Translations under genes and position numbers: made by a program | The notes under the pieces: model-generated | Seen by the model: the letters and a program-made list of their open reading frames with translations, nothing else | Database searches by the model: none | Told to the model about the DNA's origin: nothing | From: an uncultured Eubacteriales bacterium | GTDB lineage: Bacteria > Bacillota > Clostridia > Oscillospirales > Acutalibacteraceae | NCBI GenBank assembly: GCA_934456435.1 | Contig: CAKSHH010000005.1 | Span: 62,756-126,755, forward strand | DNA length: 64,000 nt | Direction of reading: 5' to 3' | Part shown: one piece after another, positions 60,035 through 64,000 of the stretch | Layout: the number at the start of each line of letters is the position of its first letter | Position numbering within the stretch: the first letter of the stretch is position 1

Positions 60035-62662
60035 TTATTCCTCTTCGTTTTCATCGTAATCTTCTTCCGGCTCAATCGGATTTTCAATCGGAGCCGATGC
60101 GGTTGCAAGCGCGTTCATCTCCATCCATTGCTGTTTGGAAATGAGAACTTTTCTCGGCTTACTTCCCTCAAACGGACCGACAATCTGTCTTTGTTCAAGT
60201 TCGTCGATTATTCGTGCCGCACGGGCATAGCCTAACTTCAATTTACGCTGTAAGAGCGTTGTTGACGCCATCTGCGCTTCAACAACAACCTCAATAGCCT
60301 TCGGTATCATTTCATCGCCGCCCTCGCCGGAATCACCGTCGGAGGATGAGGACGAAGCAGAAGGCTTCTTCTCAATAACAGCCTGACGCTCGATTTCTTT
60401 CATAACCTCTTCATCATACTGCTTCTCTTCACCCTGAGTCTTGATGAATTTTACAACATTTTCAACCTCTTCATCGGAAAGGAAACAGCCTTGAACACGA
60501 ACGGGCTTTGAAACGCCGACGGGACTGAACAGCATATCGCCGTAGCCGAGGAGCTTTTCCGCGCCTGCGGTATCAATAATCGTTCTGGAATCGACCTGTG
60601 ACGAAACCGAGAGAGCAATTCTGCTCGGAATGTTCGCCTTGATTATACCTGTGATAACATTGACGGACGGTCTCTGAGTAGCAATAACAAGGTGCATACC
60701 TGCCGCACGAGCCATCTGTGCAAGACGGCAAATCGAATCTTCAACCTCGTTCGGTGCCGCCATCATAAGGTCGGACAACTCGTCAATAAAAATGACAATG
60801 TGAGGCATCGGAGTAAGCGATTCATTTGTTTCCGCAAGCTTGTTAAAGCCCTTGATATCCCTGACGGCATTTTCCGAGAACATCTTATATCGCTGGAGCA
60901 TTTCGGTAACTGCCCAGCCGAGCGCACCTGCCGCCTTTCTCGGATCGGAAACGACAGGAACGAGAAGATGCGGAATACCGTTATAAATCGTAAATTCAAC
61001 CTGCTTCGGGTCAATCATAAGAAGCTTGACCTCATCGGGATTTGAGTTGTAAAGTATGCTGACGATCATCGCGTTAAGGCAGACAGATTTACCTGAACCT
61101 GTCGTACCTGCGATAAGAAGATGCGGCATCTTGGCAATATCGGCGCAGATTGTGTTGCCTGTAATATCCTTGCCGAGTGCAACATTCAGCTTACTCTTTG
61201 CGTTTCTGTAAACGGGTGTTTCAATGATTTCTCTGAGAGAAACTGTCGCCCTGTTGCGGTTCGGAATTTCTATACCGATAGCGGATTTGTTCGGAATCGG
61301 CGCTTCGATACGAACTCCCGACGAGGCAAGTGCAAGAGCAATATCGTCGGAAAGACTTGTAATCTTGCTTATCTTAACGCCCGCCGCAGGCTGTAATTCA
61401 TAACGCGTTACGGACGGACCGCGGCAGATATCAACAATTTTTGTTGAAACTCCGAAGCTGTTAAGCGTGTCAACAAGCTTCTTCGCGTTGTTTTTCAGCT
61501 CTTCCTCATAGTTCATTGAGCCTGCATTGTTTGCATATTTAAGGCAGTCAATCGGCGGCTTGCGATAGGTATGGAAAACCTGAGCCGGTTCTTCCCTTTT
61601 ATCGGATTTTTCATTTTTATCGGTTTTCTTCGGTTCCTTAACCTTTTCGGCAGGCTTCGGCTGAGCTGAGCCGTTGACCTTTTTGATTATGTCGTCAAGC
61701 GGAAGCTCCGGCTCAACCGACGCAATCTCAGGTTCGGGAACAACATCGACAAACGGCTTCGGAACCTTTTTATTCGGCTTATTCTCTTTCTTCTCGCTGT
61801 TGCCGACCAACTCCTCGATATACATTTCGTCAGGCTCGGCATCGCTTGAACCCATGGCTTCGGGGCCTATATCAACAGGAACAAATTTTTTATTTTTTCT
61901 TGTGAATGTCGGCTCGTCACCGTAATTGAGAACCTCGCGGTGCTCATTATGTGTAACCTTTGCCGCATCAATCTTTTCCTTGATAATCAGATAAAGCCAA
62001 ATAAGCGTCTTATCGGTAACAAACATTATAACAACAAGAAGCAGTACAATTAAGACAATAGCTGCGGCGGTTTTGCCGAACAGCATATCGGGAACGCCAC
62101 CGAAAACAGCGCCGATAACGCCGCCGCTGTGAACGGTGACGGTGTCGCGAAGATCCCAGACATAGCTTATCTGCTCCTTGATTCCGCCTGCGTCAAGCGC
62201 GGGAGAAAAGACATGAACAATTCCCGACAGCAATGCCGCCGCTGCCGATGTTCCGATAAGCTTTCCCTTCAACGAACGCAGAGACTTGTCCGCCGCGATA
62301 AGAATTACAAGATAAATAAGCATCAGCGGCCACACATAAGCGCAGATTCCGAAAACTCCGAAAATGAAGTTGTGAAAAGCAAGCCATACTCTTTCGCCCT
62401 TGATAAAGGTTGCGGCAAGGAAAATGACCGTTACCGCGGAAAGAATTATTGCCGTACGCTGACGGTATACCTCAGGAGAAACAGTACTCTCGCTCTTTGA
62501 AAAGCCCTTTTTGCTGTTGGAAGATGCTTTAGTCTGCTTTCTGACAGGCTGAGTCGGAGCCGGACCTTTCTTTTGCTGCGATGTATTCTTCGATTTTGAA
62601 GAAGCTGTTTTCTTCTTTGCTGACGACGTATTCTTTTTTTTGTTCTGATTGTTTGCCGCCAT
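60035..62662 (-). CDS. ftsK: DNA translocase FtsK/SpoIIIE
   Basis: Basic low-complexity N-terminus, 4 TM helices, linker, motor domain AGTTGSGKSV ... IFIDELSDL, and the gamma wHTH LLQRKLKLGYARAARIIDELE. Confidence 0.95.
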   Translation of the reverse strand: MAANNQNKKKNTSSAKKKTASSKSKNTSQQKKGPAPTQPVRKQTKASSNSKKGFSKSESTVSPEVYRQRTAIILSAVTVIFLAATFIKGERVWLAFHNFIFGVFGICAYVWPLMLIYLVILIAADKSLRSLKGKLIGTSAAAALLSGIVHVFSPALDAGGIKEQISYVWDLRDTVTVHSGGVIGAVFGGVPDMLFGKTAAAIVLIVLLLVVIMFVTDKTLIWLYLIIKEKIDAAKVTHNEHREVLNYGDEPTFTRKNKKFVPVDIGPEAMGSSDAEPDEMYIEELVGNSEKKENKPNKKVPKPFVDVVPEPEIASVEPELPLDDIIKKVNGSAQPKPAEKVKEPKKTDKNEKSDKREEPAQVFHTYRKPPIDCLKYANNAGSMNYEEELKNNAKKLVDTLNSFGVSTKIVDICRGPSVTRYELQPAAGVKISKITSLSDDIALALASSGVRIEAPIPNKSAIGIEIPNRNRATVSLREIIETPVYRNAKSKLNVALGKDITGNTICADIAKMPHLLIAGTTGSGKSVCLNAMIVSILYNSNPDEVKLLMIDPKQVEFTIYNGIPHLLVPVVSDPRKAAGALGWAVTEMLQRYKMFSENAVRDIKGFNKLAETNESLTPMPHIVIFIDELSDLMMAAPNEVEDSICRLAQMARAAGMHLVIATQRPSVNVITGIIKANIPSRIALSVSSQVDSRTIIDTAGAEKLLGYGDMLFSPVGVSKPVRVQGCFLSDEEVENVVKFIKTQGEEKQYDEEVMKEIERQAVIEKKPSASSSSSDGDSGEGGDEMIPKAIEVVVEAQMASTTLLQRKLKLGYARAARIIDELEQRQIVGPFEGSKPRKVLISKQQWMEMNALATASAPIENPIEPEEDYDENEEE

Positions 62663-62756
62663 AATGCCCTCCGATTTATTGATAAATATAATAATACATA
62701 ATGACCCAATATCTTGTATATAATACCATTTTCAGCTACAAATATCAATATCTTTA

Positions 62757-62785
62757 TTGATTTTTTTTGACAGATTGTATATAAT
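62757..62785 (+). promoter_or_regulatory. Putative promoter of the aldose epimerase gene
   Basis: TTGATT (62757-62762), 17 nt, TATAAT (62780-62785). AAAGGAG SD at 62800-62806 and GTG start at 62813. Confidence 0.45.
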
Positions 62786-62812
62786 TGAGAAAATAAGCAA
62801 AGGAGTGTTACT

Positions 62813-63667
62813 GTGAACTATACTTTAAATAATAATTTAGTGAGCATTTCGGTCAAGAAATACGGCGCCGAGCTCTCGTCATTTAAATCCTCGGACACCT
62901 CGATTGAGTACCTTTGGCAGGGCAATCCCGATGTCTGGTACGGTCAGTCCCCCATTCTTTTCCCGATCGTTGGAACTCTGCTTGACAACAAGTGCAGGAT
63001 CAACGGCAAGGAATATGAAATGTTCCGCCACGGAATCGCACGAAAAAGAGACTTTGAACTGAAAGAACAGGGCGAAAGCCATCTTACGCTCACACAATGC
63101 TGGAACGAGGAATCCCTTGAGCGTTATCCATACAAATACATTTTTGACATTGAGTTCCGACTTGACGACAAAAAGCTCACGGTTACTCACACAATAAAGA
63201 ATGCCGATGACAAAACAATGTATTTTTCAATCGGCGCACACCCCGGATTCAACTGCAAGATCGGCGACAGACTTTCTTTTGCGGAACCCGAAACGCTTGT
63301 CTGCGAGAAAATAGACTCCGATTCAATCCTCGACGGCAAGCATTATCCGACACTTGAAAATGAAACGGATATCGTTATAACAAAGGACATTTTTGACGGA
63401 GACGCACTTATTCTTTCGGGAATGAAATCCGACACGGTTTATCTCAAAAGTGATTTTCGTCCGCAGATGATTAAATTCAACTTCGGCAAAGCACCTGTCC
63501 TCGGAATATGGGCAAAGCCGGGCGCGGAATATGTCTGCATCGAGCCGTGGTACGGTATCAACGACTCAAGAGAAGTCAAAAAAGATTTCTCCGAAAAACG
63601 TCTTATTCAAAAGCTTGAACCGAATAACGAATTTAAATTCGTTTGGAGCGCTGAAATCATAGAGTAA
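62813..63667 (+). CDS. Aldose 1-epimerase family protein (LacX/galactose mutarotase-like)
   Basis: 284 aa. LWQGNPDVWYGQSPILFPIVG, GIARKRDF, FSIGAHPGF and EPWYG blocks typical of the family. GTG start. Confidence 0.8.
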   Translation: MNYTLNNNLVSISVKKYGAELSSFKSSDTSIEYLWQGNPDVWYGQSPILFPIVGTLLDNKCRINGKEYEMFRHGIARKRDFELKEQGESHLTLTQCWNEESLERYPYKYIFDIEFRLDDKKLTVTHTIKNADDKTMYFSIGAHPGFNCKIGDRLSFAEPETLVCEKIDSDSILDGKHYPTLENETDIVITKDIFDGDALILSGMKSDTVYLKSDFRPQMIKFNFGKAPVLGIWAKPGAEYVCIEPWYGINDSREVKKDFSEKRLIQKLEPNNEFKFVWSAEIIE

Positions 63668-63680
63668 TTACAGAACAGAT

Positions 63681-63710
63681 AAAACCGCCGAATCGGCGGT
63701 TTTATTATTT
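63681..63710. terminator. Bidirectional intrinsic terminator
   Basis: AAAA-CCGCCG-AAT-CGGCGG-TTTTATTATTT, between convergent genes. Confidence 0.8.
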
Positions 63711-63713
63711 ACC

Positions 63714-64000
63714 TTATTTAATTATTTCTGTTTTAATGCTGTTTTCTTTTGCAAAGGTTTCCGCTTTTGAACCTGCTGTTGTCCTGATAACAAAATCGGA
63801 AGCAGCCTTTCCGTCCGAGTTGATAAAAGCCGCTTTGTCAATGACCTTTACAGAAGACGGTATTGTTATTTTCTTCACGCCGGATTCGGTCGTTACAGCC
63901 GAGCCGATCTGTGTTATATTATCGGGAACAGTCAGCTCCTTAAGTCCTGTGCAGAAAACGAACAGTCCCTGCGGAATTGCAATCATATTCTTTGAAAAAG
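63714..64000 (-). CDS. Leucine-rich-repeat (BspA/LRR_5-type) surface protein, C-terminal fragment (5' part beyond the window)
   Basis: The frame is open to the window edge. Repeats of the IP..v..Ig..aF type: ITQIGSAVTTESGVKKITIPSSVKVIDKAAFINS. Confidence 0.6.
   Translation of the reverse strand, partial: FSKNMIAIPQGLFVFCTGLKELTVPDNITQIGSAVTTESGVKKITIPSSVKVIDKAAFINSDGKAASDFVIRTTAGSKAETFAKENSIKTEIIK

Noticed and set aside
1-64000. Scanned for CRISPR repeats, rRNA/tRNA genes, IS inverted repeats, group II intron or retron reverse transcriptases, and long tandem repeats.
   Set aside because: None were seen. Non-coding space is limited to spacers under 215 nt, and only two of those (7675-7924 and 12677-12889) are long enough to hold an RNA element. 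This was a scan by eye, so short or degenerate elements could have been missed.

Overview
Dense, almost gap-free chromosomal region of a spore-forming Firmicute, class Clostridia. Gene content and order look Oscillospiraceae/Ruminococcaceae-like, but the sequence alone cannot prove the taxon. I call 63 protein-coding genes, 60 on the minus strand. Many are joined by 1-, 4-, 8- or 11-nt start/stop overlaps. I saw no rRNA, tRNA, CRISPR array, transposase/IS, prophage or toxin-antitoxin genes. Left to right: xerC/D 3' end, spoIIM-like gene, a lipoprotein, GH35 beta-galactosidase, and tsaE-tsaB-rpiB-upp. Then an orphan hydG with a structured leader, a SEDS (ftsW/rodA) gene, a self-contained GPH-transporter/YdjC/DUF2804 sugar operon, and spoIIR. 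Next comes a 7-gene envelope/glycan operon: membrane-anchored phosphoesterase, MMPL exporter, lipoprotein, GT2, 108-aa orphan, GH2, WYL regulator. After that is a long block syntenic with the B. subtilis yloC...spoVM region: yicC, remA, gmk, rpoZ, priA, def, fmt, Zn-peptidase, rsmB, rlmN, stp, prkC, rsgA, a 49-aa membrane peptide, and a 29-aa SpoVM missing from the ORF track. Then rluB, dacB-type carboxypeptidase, ytfJ, DUF2953, scpB, scpA, M50 protease, prmC, DUF1385, a lipoprotein-RR-HK (Wal-like) operon, cdaA-cdaR, ispF, rnmV, holA and comEC. It ends with a PRTase, HIT, alaS, a stand-alone ComEC-type MBL hydrolase, ygiQ, ftsK/spoIIIE, an aldose epimerase and an LRR surface-protein fragment. 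Most of this is ordinary housekeeping and sporulation content. I found no clear-cut new system, and there are no defence-island hallmarks. The best candidates for something undescribed are: (1) the promoter-to-WYL envelope operon at 13560-22744 that interrupts conserved synteny; (2) the terminator-containing hydG leader with five CUGAC repeats; (3) a ComEC whose own MBL domain has lost all metal ligands while an intact membrane-anchored MBL paralogue sits 3.7 kb upstream; (4) the transporter/YdjC/DUF2804 operon of unknown substrate. Several ORF-track N-termini are over-extended (TTG/GTG 'M' codons upstream of the real SD+ATG); refined starts are given where an SD supports them.
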